A stretch of 64,000 nt of DNA from the human T2T-CHM13v2.0 reference genome, Homo sapiens. Location: the NCBI RefSeq assembly GCF_009914755.1, contig NC_060936.1; one strand, 5' to 3'. A program made the position numbers and the translations under genes. The number at the start of each line of letters is the position of its first letter. Position 1 is the stretch's first letter. Below are positions 1 to 19,000 of the stretch, piece by piece. Under the pieces are notes generated by a model that made no database searches, had not been told where the DNA came from, and saw only the letters and a program-made list of their open reading frames with translations.

Positions 1-948
1 TGCAGTTCCTCACCAGCAACGGAACAAAGCTGGATGGAGAATGATTTTGACGAGCTGAGAGAAGAAGGCTTCAGACGATCAAATTACTCTGAGCTACGGG
101 AGGACATTCAAACCAAAGGCAAAGAAGTTGAAAACTTTGAAAAAAATTTAGAAGAATGTATAACTAGAATAACCAATACAGAGAAGTGCTTAAAGGAGCT
201 GATGGAGCTGAAAACCAAGGCTCGAGAACTACGTGAAGAATGCAGAAGCCTCAGGAGCCGATGCGATCAACTGGAAGAAAGGGTATCAGCAATGGAAGAT
301 GAAATGAATGAAATGAAGAGAGAAGGGAAGTTTAGAGAAAAAAGAATAAAAAGAAATGAGCAAAGCCTCCAAGAAATATGGGACTATGTGAAAAGACCAA
401 ATCTACGTCTGATTGGTGTACCTGAAAGTGATGTGGAGAATGGAACCAAGTTGGAAAACACTCTGCAGGATATTATCCAGGAGAACTTCCCCAATCTAGC
501 AAGGCAGGCCAACGTTCAGATTCAGGAAATACAGAGAACGCCACAAAGATACTCCTCGAGAAGAGCAACTCCAAGACACATAATTGTCAGATTCACCAAA
601 GTTGAAACGAAGGAAAAAATGTTAAGGGCAGCCAGAGAGAAAGGTCGGGTTACCCTCAAAGGAAAGCCCATCAGACTAACAGCGGATCTCTCGGCAGAAA
701 CCCTACAAGCCAGAAGAGAGTGGGGGCCAATATTCAACATTCTTAAAGAAAAGAATTTTCAACCCAGAATTTCATATCCAGCCAAACTAAGCTTCATAAG
801 TGAAGGAGAAATAAAATACTTTATAGACAAGCAAATGCTGAGAGATTTTGTCACCACCAGGCCTGCCCTAAAAGAGCTCCTGAAGGAAGCGCTAAACATG
901 GAAAGGAACAACCAGTACCAGCCGCTGCAAAATCATGCCAAAATGTAA
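1..948 (+). CDS. ORF1: LINE-1 ORF1p (RNA-binding chaperone), partial: codon ~24 to stop
   Basis: Frame is open from base 1; the Met at 34 corresponds to M35. Coiled coil, RRM and CTD are present with REKG, ARR and YPAKLS motifs; ends NHAKM*. Confidence 0.96.
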   Translation, partial: CSSSPATEQSWMENDFDELREEGFRRSNYSELREDIQTKGKEVENFEKNLEECITRITNTEKCLKELMELKTKARELREECRSLRSRCDQLEERVSAMEDEMNEMKREGKFREKRIKRNEQSLQEIWDYVKRPNLRLIGVPESDVENGTKLENTLQDIIQENFPNLARQANVQIQEIQRTPQRYSSRRATPRHIIVRFTKVETKEKMLRAAREKGRVTLKGKPIRLTADLSAETLQARREWGPIFNILKEKNFQPRISYPAKLSFISEGEIKYFIDKQMLRDFVTTRPALKELLKEALNMERNNQYQPLQNHAKM

Positions 949-987
949 AGACCATCGAGACTAGGAAGAAACTGCATCAACTAATGA

Positions 988-4839
<3,852 letters not shown>

Positions 4840-5035
4840 ACAATGAGATCACATGGACACAGGAAGGGGAATATCACACTCTGGGGACTGTGGTGGGGTC
4901 GGGGGAGGGGGGAGGGATAGCATTGGGAGATATACCTAATGCTAGATGACACGTTAGTGAGTGCAGCGCACCAGCATGGCACATGTATACATATGTAACT
5001 AACCTGCACAATGTGCACATGTACCCTAAAACTTA

Positions 5036-7115
<2,080 letters not shown>

Positions 7116-7177
7116 TTGATTTCTTTATACTTATTTTATGATGAGATATTGCTTTTATTTTGAATTCCACATGAGAT

Positions 7178-7674
7178 TGTGGTAGACAGGAAAATGGCCC
7201 TCCAAAGATGTCCACATCCTAATCCCTGGAACCTGTGAATGTGTTGTAGTAAAGGGTAATTAAAGCGCAAATAGAATTAGGGCTGCAGATCAGCTAACCT
7301 TAAAGTAGGGAGATGCCCCCGAATCCTCCAGGTGAGCGCAATGTAATCACATATGTTCTCAAAAGTGAAAGAGAAGGGCAGGAGACAAGGTCAGAGCAAT
7401 GCGGTATGAGGGCTCAGCCTGTCCTTGCTGGCTTTGAAGACAGAGAAAGGGGCGCTGAGCCAAGGAAGGCAGCAGCCTCTGGAAGCTGGAAAAGGCAAGA
7501 AGTGGGTGCTCCCCTAGAGCCTCCAGGAAGAAATATAGCCCTGCTGACACCTTGATCTTCGCCAGTGAGGTCCAATTGGACTTCAGATGTACAGAATGTA
7601 GATAATAAATCTGTATTGTTTTACACCACTAAGTTTGTGGTAATTTGTCACAGCAGGAGTTGGAAATGAATCCA
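7178..7674 (+). mobile_element. MLT1D-like MaLR solo LTR
   Basis: Starts TGTGGTAGAC...AAAGATGTCCACATCCTAATCCCTGGAACC; ends AATAAATCTGTATTG...GTGGTAATTTGTCACAGCAG. Confidence 0.8.
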
Positions 7675-7824
7675 GATCCTGCCTAGAGTGGGGGAGGGGA
7701 AAGATGCTGGGAGTCACACCATCATCCCCATCAAAAACATCCCTGAGCACCTGCCAGGTAAAAGGTGATGTGCTGGGGGCGGGTCCTTGCCCTCCATAAG
7801 TCCAGGAAGATATGGTGTGAGTCA

Positions 7825-8050
7825 GGTGTTTAGCAAGGGTCTGGAGTTCCCAGGATGGAGCCTACCCAGCCTCTGTCATTTCATACTTGGGTCAACTGGG
7901 AAAGTTATTTAATTTCTGAACTCCCATTTCCTTACATTACAATGGATATAATAACATCAAGGTTGATGTGAAGAATGAATGAGTTAATATTTGCAAAGCA
8001 CATCATAATGCCTGGCAGAAGAAAAAGGCCATCTATGTGTTAGTTATTGT
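7825..8050 (+). mobile_element. MIR
   Basis: Degenerate MIR core and 3' end (GTTGATGTGAAGAATGAATGAGTTAAT...AAAGCAC...TGCCTGGC). Confidence 0.65.
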
Positions 8051-8278
8051 CTATCATCTGTACTGTTATTGATATTACTGAACTTTCAGGGAGGATTTCA
8101 GAAGCAAAGTGGGCTTTGAGGAAGGAAAGTTAGAGAGGATTATAAAAATAACTAATAGTTATGAAGCACTTCCTACAGGTAAGCATTGTGATAAGCACCT
8201 GCTTTTGTAACACTGTGAGCAAGTAGTAATATTAGCCCCACTTTATAAGTGCAGACACTGAGGCTTAGAAAGGCTAAG

Positions 8279-8941
8279 TGCTAGGCCGGGCGTGGTGGCT
8301 CATGCCTGTAATCCCAGCACATTGGGAGGCCGAGGCGGGTGGGTCACGAGGTCAGGAGATCGAGACCATCCTGGCTAACACAGTGAAACCCCGTCTCTAC
8401 TAAAAATACAAAATATTAGCCGGGTGTGGTGGCGGGTGCCTGTAGTCCCAGCTGCTTGGGAGGCTGAGGCAGGAGAATGGCATGAACCTTGGAGGGGGAA
8501 CTTGCCGTGAGCCGAGATCACGCCACTGCACTCCAGCCTGGATCTTTGTCCCTGTCCAATCTCATGTTGAATTGTAATCCCCAGTGTTGGAGGAGGGGCC
8601 TGATGGGAAGTGATTGCATCATGGGGGTGGAGTTCGCATGAATGGTTTAGCACCATCCTCACTTGGTACTGTATAGTGAGTTCTCAAGAGATCTGGTTGT
8701 TTAAAAGTCTGTAGCACCTCCCTGCCTCTCTCTTCCACCTTCTCCAGCCATGTGAAATGCTGGCCCCTCATTTGCCTTCCACCACGATTGTTAAGTTTCC
8801 TGAGGCCTCCCTAGAAGCCCAGTAGATGCTGCTATGCTTCCTGTACAGCCTGTGGAACCATAAGCCAACGAAACCTCTTTTCTTTATAAATTATCCAGTA
8901 TCAGGCATTTCTTTACAGCAATACAAAAACAGACTGATACA
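8279..8941 (+). mobile_element. MSTA/MSTB solo LTR with 5-bp TSD (CTAAG)
   Basis: TG...CA ends; CTAAG at 8274-8278 and 8942-8946; MST body at 8542-8941. Confidence 0.85.
8284..8541 (+). mobile_element. AluY, 3'-truncated, no A tail
   Basis: AluY diagnostics (GAGATCGAGACCATCCTGGCTAACAC); stops at CTCCAGCCTGG. Confidence 0.92.
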
Positions 8942-9884
8942 CTAAGTAACCCAACTTACATGACAATCAAGAGGCAGAGCTGGGATGCAAACCCAGGTTC
9001 TTGTACTTTTAATGAACACATTAGAACAATGGCCCAGAAGCAGGGAGGAGCACATGTTGGAAGGAAATCAAGACAGGCAGGTGGTTCAATGGAAGGGAAG
9101 TTTGGTCTAACGGAGCAACTAACTGGGAACCAGGCTGGGAAGGCAGAAGGGCCAAGCAGTGACCGCCTTGAACAGTGGGTGATGGGATTTGGGCATTTAC
9201 TCTTGAAGGAAGGAAAAGCCATTGAACATAAGCAAGCAGGAATATGAATCTGGCAGCTGTGCTGTGGACAAATTCAAGACAAGGGGATCCCAGATGTAGA
9301 CAAAGCAATTAGGACATTATCCCAAATGTTGAGGTACTGGGGGTCTAGACAACAACTCTGCCTCCCTTACCTGATATAACCAATTGAAGAGTGAGAAAGA
9401 CAGTACAAAGGTAACATCGGCAGGACCTGACAGTGGGGAAGAAAGAGAAGCAGGAGGAGAAACTCAAAGATTTCAAGCCAAAGACTTGGTATGTAGCCCT
9501 CAGATGTAGTGGCTGCTGAGCGGGCAGGGACTTGGAAGGCTAGGTTTGAGTCAGGCCCTGTTTAGTGGGTTACTCACTGTTCCTTGGTGAGTGTGTGTGC
9601 ATGTGCATATGTGTGTGGGGGGTGGGGGTGTCACTTTATCTCTCTGTGACCCCCTGTAAAACAGGGGTAACTATGCTTGCCCTCCTATCTCACAGAAATG
9701 CGCAAGGAGGCTCACTGGAGATCGTGGGTATGAAGGTGCTTTGACAGGTGAGAAGGTTGTACAAATACAGCATAGTGATTAGTATCATGCTGGCAAGACC
9801 AGCAGTCCTAGGGCCCATAGACGCTCCACAATGGAGTTTCATCCTATTAATATTTATTTGGACACAGGCTCAGGTTTGAGGTTT

Positions 9885-10184
<300 letters not shown>

Positions 10185-12049
10185 TCAGGTTTGAGTTTTA
10201 GGAGATCAGAATTTCCATAAGCAATTAAGAATCTTCTTTCAGAAATAGCATTGGGCACTAACCACTAGCCCTTGCCTCATTCCTGGGATCCCTTAGGCTT
10301 CGATGCAGACCTTTGAATGAGGCTGGATGCATCATTCCCAGTGACAGAGAAGCTGCCTCTTTTCTTTCCAAGAAAACAGACCCATGAGAAAAGCCCAGCA
10401 GCCCCAAAGGGAACTCTGGGCATTGCATAAAGGAAGAGTCTGTATTCTCACACTGCAAACATAATTAAAACAACTCCTCCTCCCTTATCTGAGACACGGA
10501 AAGAAGATGAATGGGAAGATGACACAGGGAGAAAGCCCTTATCTCTCATTTTGTAAATGAAAAAAAAGAGACTTTTTGTTTAGTTTAGTTTATAGGAAAA
10601 AAAGTCACTGCCAAATTTTGTCCATAGCAAAAGGAGGCCTGAGTGTGCTGGGAGGGACCTGGCACGTGGGTGTGACAGCTCTCAGTGCCTTGGTGGGTTC
10701 CAGGAAAGCCAGGCACAGCTCCAAAATGAGGCAGCAATGGGATGCACCTCAGTGGCCACACCATGGCGTGGAATGCGCTCTTAGATTCCACCTTCTAGGA
10801 CAGGTTTCCTGCCGTGGGACTAACAACACAGCTGCTTTGCTCCCATCCTCCAGAGGGAATAGAGAGGACACCTCCCTTTTCTGTCCTGCCTTCCTGCTAC
10901 AGTCCACTGTCCCCTGCCCAGACTGCCCCCGACACCATCCCACCCCGTTCTTTTCCAAGTACTGGGAAGTTAATCCTTGTTCATGCTCTCCAAACACTGA
11001 AATAGTCCCCCATGCATTCTCCACACAGCTGTCAGATCGGAGTTAACAGAAAAGGGAGAACAACAGCAAAAGCAACAAGGGTGAGAAAAGCAAGTTACAG
11101 AGAAGAGGCAGTTGGAGAAAGAGTCTCCGCTGTCCCCTCTCTCCATACTCCACCTCTGTGATGTGAGATGGAGTTCACACCTCTCTGCCTTCTGTGCAGA
11201 AGCCGGGTACGCACCCGAGATAACCCCGCCTGGCAGGATCATAGCAGAGCGAGCCAAAGTGAAACCTGCATTCCCTCGGTCGAGCTACCTTTAGAGGCTG
11301 CATGGAGTGCTGCGAGGGTTAAGTGACAGGTGGTGGCCAGTGAATGTGAAATTTAAGGAAAACAACTTCACAAAGGCATTTTGAGGTGATTTAATTAAAA
11401 CATTCAGTCACAAAGTCAACAACAGAAGCAACAAAAAATTATGAGGCGTGGGCACCGGAGAAAAGAAATGCATGGGACGACTGGAAAGTGCAGGAGTTGA
11501 TGAGAGAGCACAAGGAAGAAGCTGTCAGGAAGCATGAGTGTCCCTGAACAGAGGGAATGGGTGGGCTGAAGAATGGGACCTGCATATATCCTCAGAGCAG
11601 CCTCTGGGCACCAGGGGAGCACCAATGAATTCTCACAACCTTATGCCCTGGTCCACCCAGAGCCCTGATCCTGGAGATTAGGGATGTTGTATGGAGGAGC
11701 AGAAACAGCAGCCTGTAAGGCAGCATGAGGGAGCTTAAGGCTGGAGTCAAAGGAAGCTTGGAAACTTGCAGGGGTTACTATGGAGAAAACACCATTCTGA
11801 ATGAAAACCAAAGAGAGTGGCTGACAGGAAATGGGTCAGAAAGTTAAATAACATGTTTCAGCACATTTAGACATTCAGCAGAGTACCATGAAACCTCCTG
11901 CTTCCCACAGGTTCTTATTTTAATGAACCCAGTCAATCAAGACTTTTCCTTGAGGAGTGCTCAGCGTGAGTCGGTGGACCTCCGAGAGCTGCCTGCTCAT
12001 TTACTAAGTTCTGTTGATTCTAATGCCTGTATGTGCCTCCAGCTCCTAC

Positions 12050-12245
12050 TGGTTTTTGCCTTCGTTCAGACTCTCATCTTTTTTCCTCCTGCATTATTGA
12101 AACAGCCCCCTAAATGGTCTCCCCACCTGTGGTCTCATCACCTTCCAATCCATCTCCTCCCACCCTCCAGAATGATGCTTAGAAATCACAAACCTGATCT
12201 CTTTTCACAGCTGCCTAAAATCCTCCCTGGCACCCAGTTGCCCAT
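12050..12245 (+). mobile_element. L2 fragment
   Basis: L2 motif CCCCTAAATGGTCTCCCC...CCAATCCATCTCC...CCAGAATGATGCTT. Confidence 0.6.
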
Positions 12246-12249
12246 GGAA

Positions 12250-12432
12250 GTGGTCTCAGGGCTTCCCTGAGCAACAACTCAGCTGACATGGTTGCCAGAT
12301 GCATAGGCCCCTCCCTCTGAGATTCTAATTCAGCAGGTTGGGGATGCAGCCCTAGAATTTACCATGTAAATAAATATCTTGGTGGAAGCTCATGACTGGG
12401 AATGATGATCAGTGTGGAAAGCACTGTCTATA
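12250..12432. mobile_element. MER5-family hAT MITE
   Basis: GAGATTCTAATTCAGCAGGTTGGGGATGCAGCCCTAGAATTT core. Confidence 0.6.
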
Positions 12433-13832
12433 GTGTGACACTGAACTGTCTCGCATGGTGGACCCTGCCCACCTCTCTGCTTTGTATCTGGACGGCTGAG
12501 CTGCATCTCTGAGCCTTGATCGTTTGAGTCCATCCCGACTGGGCTCTGGAACTGGGATCCAAACCCAAAGGCTCTTTCAGAATTCCAACAACCAGGCAGT
12601 TTAAGCTCATCTACAACAGACCACCCAACTCTGGGCTGGGAGAAGGTGTGACCAGGGGTGCATCTGCCATGGCAAGATAGGGAGAGGGTTGTTGTTCTTG
12701 TTGGATTTTTAAACAAAAATGAGAGAAGAACAGACTGCAGGTAACAGGGGAAAAGTAATTAAAAAATATATAAATAACTTGCAGTGTTCACAGCCTGCTG
12801 TTGTTCTGAGACAAATAGCTTAGTAAGTAAACCAAGGCAAGACAGACATTCTGGTGACAACACTCTAGCTTTGCTGTGATTCTCAAAATTACATGCACCT
12901 GAAATTTCAGAGCTCCAGATGGCAGAATTGTGCAGCTGGCGAAGTGTGCTTTGATATCCTCAAACTTCTCCTTTACTTCTTCTCCTCTCTTTGTGTTGCC
13001 TCTCTCAGATGTTTGTGTCCTTATCTGGGATCCAGATACTCAGAGCTTCTCACCATGGATACCTTCACAATAGTCCATCTGCCTTCACCCCTAAATCCTC
13101 CTCCCACCCTTACTCTCACTCCTCAGTTCATCCCTTGCCCACTTGCTTTCAAGACCAGCTGCTAAGATTTTAATGACTTATAGTAACTCTTCAGGGACAC
13201 AGTGTTTATGTTTTAGCAGGGAACTGCTGGGAGGCAAAACTTTACTATGTGGTAGAATTTTAGGAGAGTGTGTTGGAATTCAGGAAAGATTGTTACGTCC
13301 CACCCGATGGCTTCAACAATTGTATTCCACCCTTATCAGGGTACCTGTCACATAGTAGGTACTTAACGTGATTCAATGCCTTGGACCACAGAAAGATTGA
13401 TTTCCAACACCTAGACTTTCTTGGACCACTATGTGTTAATATAACTATTATTTTGACAGAGAGGATTAAATATATATTTAATGAAAATGTATAATTTAAT
13501 TTATATCACTGAAGGCTTTCATTTAAATAATTCCCAAATTAAAAAAAATTAATGTCAGACTATGTGTTTGTGATTTGGGAATTTACCAATTAGGGTTTAT
13601 TTAGAGTTTAATAAAACATTATTACTTCTATTCTGCTGCTAACATAAATGTCTTTGACTAAGAGTTTCCCTCTTCTCTGAGTTTTCTCGCCTCTAGCAGA
13701 AGCAGTGTTCACAGTCACAAACCCAAGTTTCCAGTTTGGACCTTCCCCATGACCTGTTGGTCTGCCAGGAGGGAGCATTCTTCACTGTCTTTAGTCTCAA
13801 GTACCGTTGGTATGGATGCAATTGATCACCTT

Positions 13833-14221
13833 CTGCATTTATTTGCTAGTGCTGCCATCTCAAAGTACCACGAACTGGATGGTTTAAACAACAGAAATTT
13901 ATCCTCTCACAGTTCTGGAGATTAAAAGCCTGAAGTCAAGATGAAGCAGGGGCATGCTTTCTCTGAAGGCTCTAGGAAAGAATCCTTTCTTGCCTTTTCT
14001 AGTTTCTGGTGGTTGTCAGCAATTTTTGGCAATCCTTTGCCTGGAGATATATCCGTCCAGTCTCTGCCTCTGTCTTCACAAGGTATTCTCCCTGTGTGTC
14101 TGTGTCTCTGTTTTCTCTTCTTAATAGGTCACCAGTCATTGGATTGGGGCTCCCTATAATCCATTTTGACCTAATCTTAACTAATTATATCTGCAAAAAC
14201 CCTATTTCCAAATATGGTCAC
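13833..14221 (-). mobile_element. MLT1B/C LTR, partial
   Basis: AAGTACCAC...TTAAACAACAGAAATTTATCCTCTCACAGTTCTGGAG. Confidence 0.8.
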
Positions 14222-14526
14222 TGTATTATTCAATTTTTATACTGCTATGAAGAAATGCCCAAGACTGGGTAATTTATAAAGAAAAAGATGTTTAATGGAC
14301 TCACAGTTCCACATGGCTGGGGAGGCCTCACAATCATGGTGGAAGGCGAAGAAGGAACAAAGTCACATCTTACATGGTAGCCGGCAAGAGAGCATGTGCA
14401 GGGGAACTGCTCTTTATAAAACCATCAGATCTCATGAGACTTATTCATTATTATGAAAACAGCATGGGAAAAACCAGCCCCCATGAGTCAATTACTTCCC
14501 ACCAGGTCCCTTCCATGACACATGGG
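14222..14526 (-). mobile_element. THE1 LTR, missing its 5' end
   Basis: GACTGGGTAATTTATAAAGAAAAAG...AAACCATCAGATCTCATGAGAC; breaks off at ACACATGGG. Confidence 0.85.
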
Positions 14527-16065
14527 TGCCATGTCCAGCTCCGTTTTCTCACTATGTCCAGGACACTTTGGCTTCAGCTAGAGTGTCTTCCTTGAGCACC
14601 AACCAGGTATTGATCTCCCAGTTCTCCTGTCCCTTAACTTGTGAATATCAGGAACTCACATCCCAGCCACAAAACTGTCTTCACATTGCTTCTTCTGGAG
14701 CACACACAGAAGTTCCACCAAGAGTGCACAGTATTGCTAGGGCCAGCTTTGGTACTATGTGGGTAGAGGGTGGCTTTGACCTGTTTCTTCCTTCCTTCAT
14801 GGACTCTTCCTGACCTCTGGCTGTCCAACACTCCAAAGGGCTTGCACACTTGCTATTGTACCTGAGTATTTCTAGCTTTGCTATATCCGTTAAGTATTTT
14901 CTTTCCAATCCTCTTGGCTCCCTTTATCCCCCTATTAAAAAATATTAAAGTTTATTTTTCTAAGTTGAATGTCATGGGGCTATTTTCCACTTTGCTTGGT
15001 CTATTTGTATCATTATTCTACTGTTCTCTTGCTTATATAAGCTCCCAACTGAGCATGAATATACCATTTTAAGCCACTTCTGGGTCATTAATAAAGCCGT
15101 GAAGGAAGACAGGTTCTTACCCTAAACCCCATGGCACCAATTAGACACTTACCCTCAAATAGGCCCCTTGGCAATTTATCATTACCCTATGGTCTTTCAG
15201 TCATTGTTTAATCAATGAGGCCGGGTTCCTATCCAAGCCAATTTAAACTAAGTTTTCAAGGAAACTTTCTTGAGACCAATCGCTTTTCTGAAACTGTCTT
15301 CTCTATTGCAGTCCTTCCAGCTACTCGGTTTGGAGCACACAAACTTGTCAGATCATTTATTTGGTTCTTAGAATTGTTCATGGTGGTAGCATTTATATCT
15401 TTTTACTTTCAACAATCTTCCTTTCCTTGAGGGAAAGAAGTAGAAAGAGAACTACATCATTGAGAACTGCTCCCTTCTGTAACACCAGAGACTAAATTGT
15501 TGCCTGGGTTTGGAAAAAAGCATAAGGTCTACTTTGAGCAAGATTTTGATCACCCAGATCTTCTTCCCCAGACATAGCCAAGTGCAGAACTCTATAGAAG
15601 GGTCTAACAAAAGTAGGCCAATGGCATGGGTGGGTACCCACTCATGTTCAATGAATCTGAGGATGAAATCACAATTATTGAGCTATGATTATGTTCAAAG
15701 GCTTATGTCAGAGATGCCCACTTAAAGCTAAAGGAGCCATAGCCTGAACCCTCAGATGGTTTCAAGGCTGCTGCTGGTGGAACTGTAGGACTTAACAGAC
15801 AGATCATCCATCTTTGTTCTCTCAAAAAAAAAAAAAAATAAATAAACAAATAAAACAACCCCTCACTGTTGGTCCCTACTAGGACTTGAGATATCAGAGG
15901 ACCCTGAGAAATATAAATGTATTTGAAATTAAATTACCTGGCATGACAAAACTTTAACCTTTTTCAAGTCAGTATTACCCTTGGCTGGGTTGGACTATCA
16001 GAGAATGACATAAGAAACAGGTACTTTTCCTGGGTAGGTTATTTAAGTGAGAAGATATACAATTT

Positions 16066-19000
16066 TGGTTCTAAAATGATGGCGTAGAATCAAGCTGGGT
16101 TGACTCAGGCCTCACAGAAAAGCAAAAACAAATATACAACACCAAGGTTATTACTGTGAATACACAGATCTCAAATATGAAAATGAGACAGGCTGGGCTT
16201 TGTGGCTGTGGCTCACATCTGTAATCCCAGTGCTTTGGGAGGCTGAAGCAGGATAATTGCTTGAAGCCAGGATTTCAAGACCAGTTTGGACAACATTGTG
16301 AGACCCCATCTCTACAAACAATAAAAGAAAAATTAGCCATGCATGGTGGTACATGCCTGCAGTCCTAGCAACTTGAGAGGCTGAGGCAGGAGGATCTCTT
16401 GAGCCCAAGAGTACAAGGCTGAAGTGAGCTATGATTAGGCCATAGGGTGACAGAATAAGACCCCGTCTCAAAAAAAGAAAAAAAAAAAGAAAGAAAAAGA
16501 AAGTAAGACAGTTCTTGGGGGGAGGGGGTGGGCACAGAGAAGTGAAAAAGCTCTGAGTAGATGGTAAAAGAATCAGACTTCCATATCTTCAATGCCTCTT
16601 CCCCCATTCTGCCCAGCACCAGTGCATAGAAAATATTCCTGCAACTCACTGTTTCTATACTAGAAAAAGTGAGATGGAGATGGATAACCAGCTTCCCCAC
16701 CATCTTGGGTTCTCTGGCAAGAGACCTGTCTCTGCCTTAACCCATGAGAAGTATGGAGAGCTCTGGAAAAGAGAAATATTTCTGAGGAAGGGCAGAGACA
16801 AAGGAGGGAGGTGGGACTACCATTCCCAGCCCTGGAAACTCTGCTCTGTAACTTGGCCAAAGGAAATGCCAAATCAGAGTGGCTGTTTAGCAGCACCATG
16901 CTGTAGGAGGTTCATCCTAGAGGTCCCCTGGGCATGAACCCCTAGCCAGCCTTCTTATACCGCCAAGGTATCCCCTTTGGGATTCCCCACATTCAGGAAG
17001 GGCAGCACTCTGATTGTTTACTAGAGCTAAGGTGAAGCTTAAGGCACCACCCAGAGCCAAAAAGGAGGCAGTAAACAAGCAGTAAAGAACCTCTAAGCAA
17101 ATATATCCAATAAAAACCAAAACACACCAAAGAAGACTGGAATAAGTAATCCTTTAGTGCAAAGACATAGATGTACATCCACAAGAAGCAACAGCAAACA
17201 GGCAACCATAGTCTCCCCAAACAGACAAAGCAAGGAAACAATAACTGACCCTAACTAAATGGTGACATGTGAACTTTCTGACCAGGAATGCAAAAATAGT
17301 AGTTTTAAAGAAACTTAGCAGTTTCTACATTAACATAGATGAGCAATTCAGAATTTAACAGAGAAATTTAACAAGGAGGTCAGTGAGCTCAAAGACAAGC
17401 TATTTGAAATTACATGGTTAGAGGAAAGAAAAGTAAAAAGAATGAAAAGCAAAGAAGAATATCTACAATATATGTAAAATTACCTCAAAATACCAAATCT
17501 AAGAATCATTGGTTTTCAAGAAGGATTTGAGCAAGAGCAAGGGTAGAAAATGTTTTCAAATAAATAATAACAACATTTTCCAAAATGTGAGAAAGATATA
17601 AATATCCAGGTAGAGGAAGGTCAGAGAACACCCAGCAGATTTGACACAAATGAGACTACTCCAAGGCATATAAGAACCAAACTCTCAAAGGTCAAGGACA
17701 AAGAGAGAATTCTAAAAGCAGCAAGAGAAAAATAAAAATAAAAAACAAATAACACATCAAAAAACTCTAATTAATCTGGCAACAGATTTCTTGATGGAAA
17801 CCGTATAGGCCAGGAGGGAATAGAATGACATTTTTCAAAGCACTGAAAGAAAAAAACTGCCATCCAAGAAAAAAACTGCCATCCAAGAATATTATATCCA
17901 GCAAAGTTATCCTTCGCATATGAAGGAGAGATACAATCTTTCCCAGACAAACAAGAGCTGAGAGAATTTACCACTACCAGACCTGTCTTATGAGAAATGT
18001 TAAAGGAAGCTCTTCAATCTGAAAGAAAGAAACACTAACATGAAAACAAAAACAAAAACAAACAAACAAAAACATTTGAAGGTATAAAACCCACAGTAAA
18101 AATTAAGTACATGGACAGACCCAGAATACTCTAATACTGTAATTGTGGTATGCAATCCACTCATATCTCTAGTATGAAGCTCGAATAACAAATCTGTCAA
18201 AACAATGATACCTACAACTTTTTAAGAAATACGTAATATAAAAATGTGTAAATTGAGACAAATAAAAGTCAAAATGTGTGTGAGGGGGAGAAAGTTAAAC
18301 CCTAGTTTTTTTTTTCATTTTTTGTTTATTCTTTTCTTTGTGATCTGTCGTGTCTTTAAAATAAAGTGTTATATCTATAAGACGTTTTTTGCAATCCTCA
18401 TGGTAACCACAATGCAAAAACATACAATAGAGTCACTGAAAATTTTAAAAAAAACTCATGAATTAAAACATATTACCAGAAAAAATCACTTAACCACAAA
18501 GGAAGGCAGTAAAAAAGGAAGAAAGAGAGGAGTTATGAAACAACCAGAAAACAAACAACAAAATGGCAGTAGTAAGTCTTTACTCATCAATAATAAAACT
18601 GAATGTTAATATACTCAATTATCCATTTAAAAAGCATAATGTGGCAGACTGGATAAAGAAATAAGACCCAACTATATGCAGCCTCTTCACCTATAAAACA
18701 CTTCACCTATAAAGACATATATTGACTGAAAGTGAAGGGATGGATAAAGATATTCCATGCAACTGGAAATCAAAAAAGAGCAAGAGTAGCTACACTTACA
18801 ACAGATAAAACAGACTACAAATCAAAACTCATAAAAAGAGATAAAGAAAATCACTGTATAATGATAAAGGGGTGAATTTGTCAAGAGGAAACAATTATAA
18901 ATATCTATGCACTCAATACTGGAGCTCCCAAGTATAGAAAGCAAACATTAATAAATATGATGAAGAGACAGACTGCAATACAATAATTGTGGGGGACTTC

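Larger units (their letters stand above)
8150..9010 (-). mobile_element. MIR interrupted by an MST LTR that carries an AluY
   Basis: MIR core ACACTGAGGCTTAGAAAGG-CTAAG resumes after 8946 as TAACCC...GCAGAGCTGGGATGCAAACCCAGG. Confidence 0.7.
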
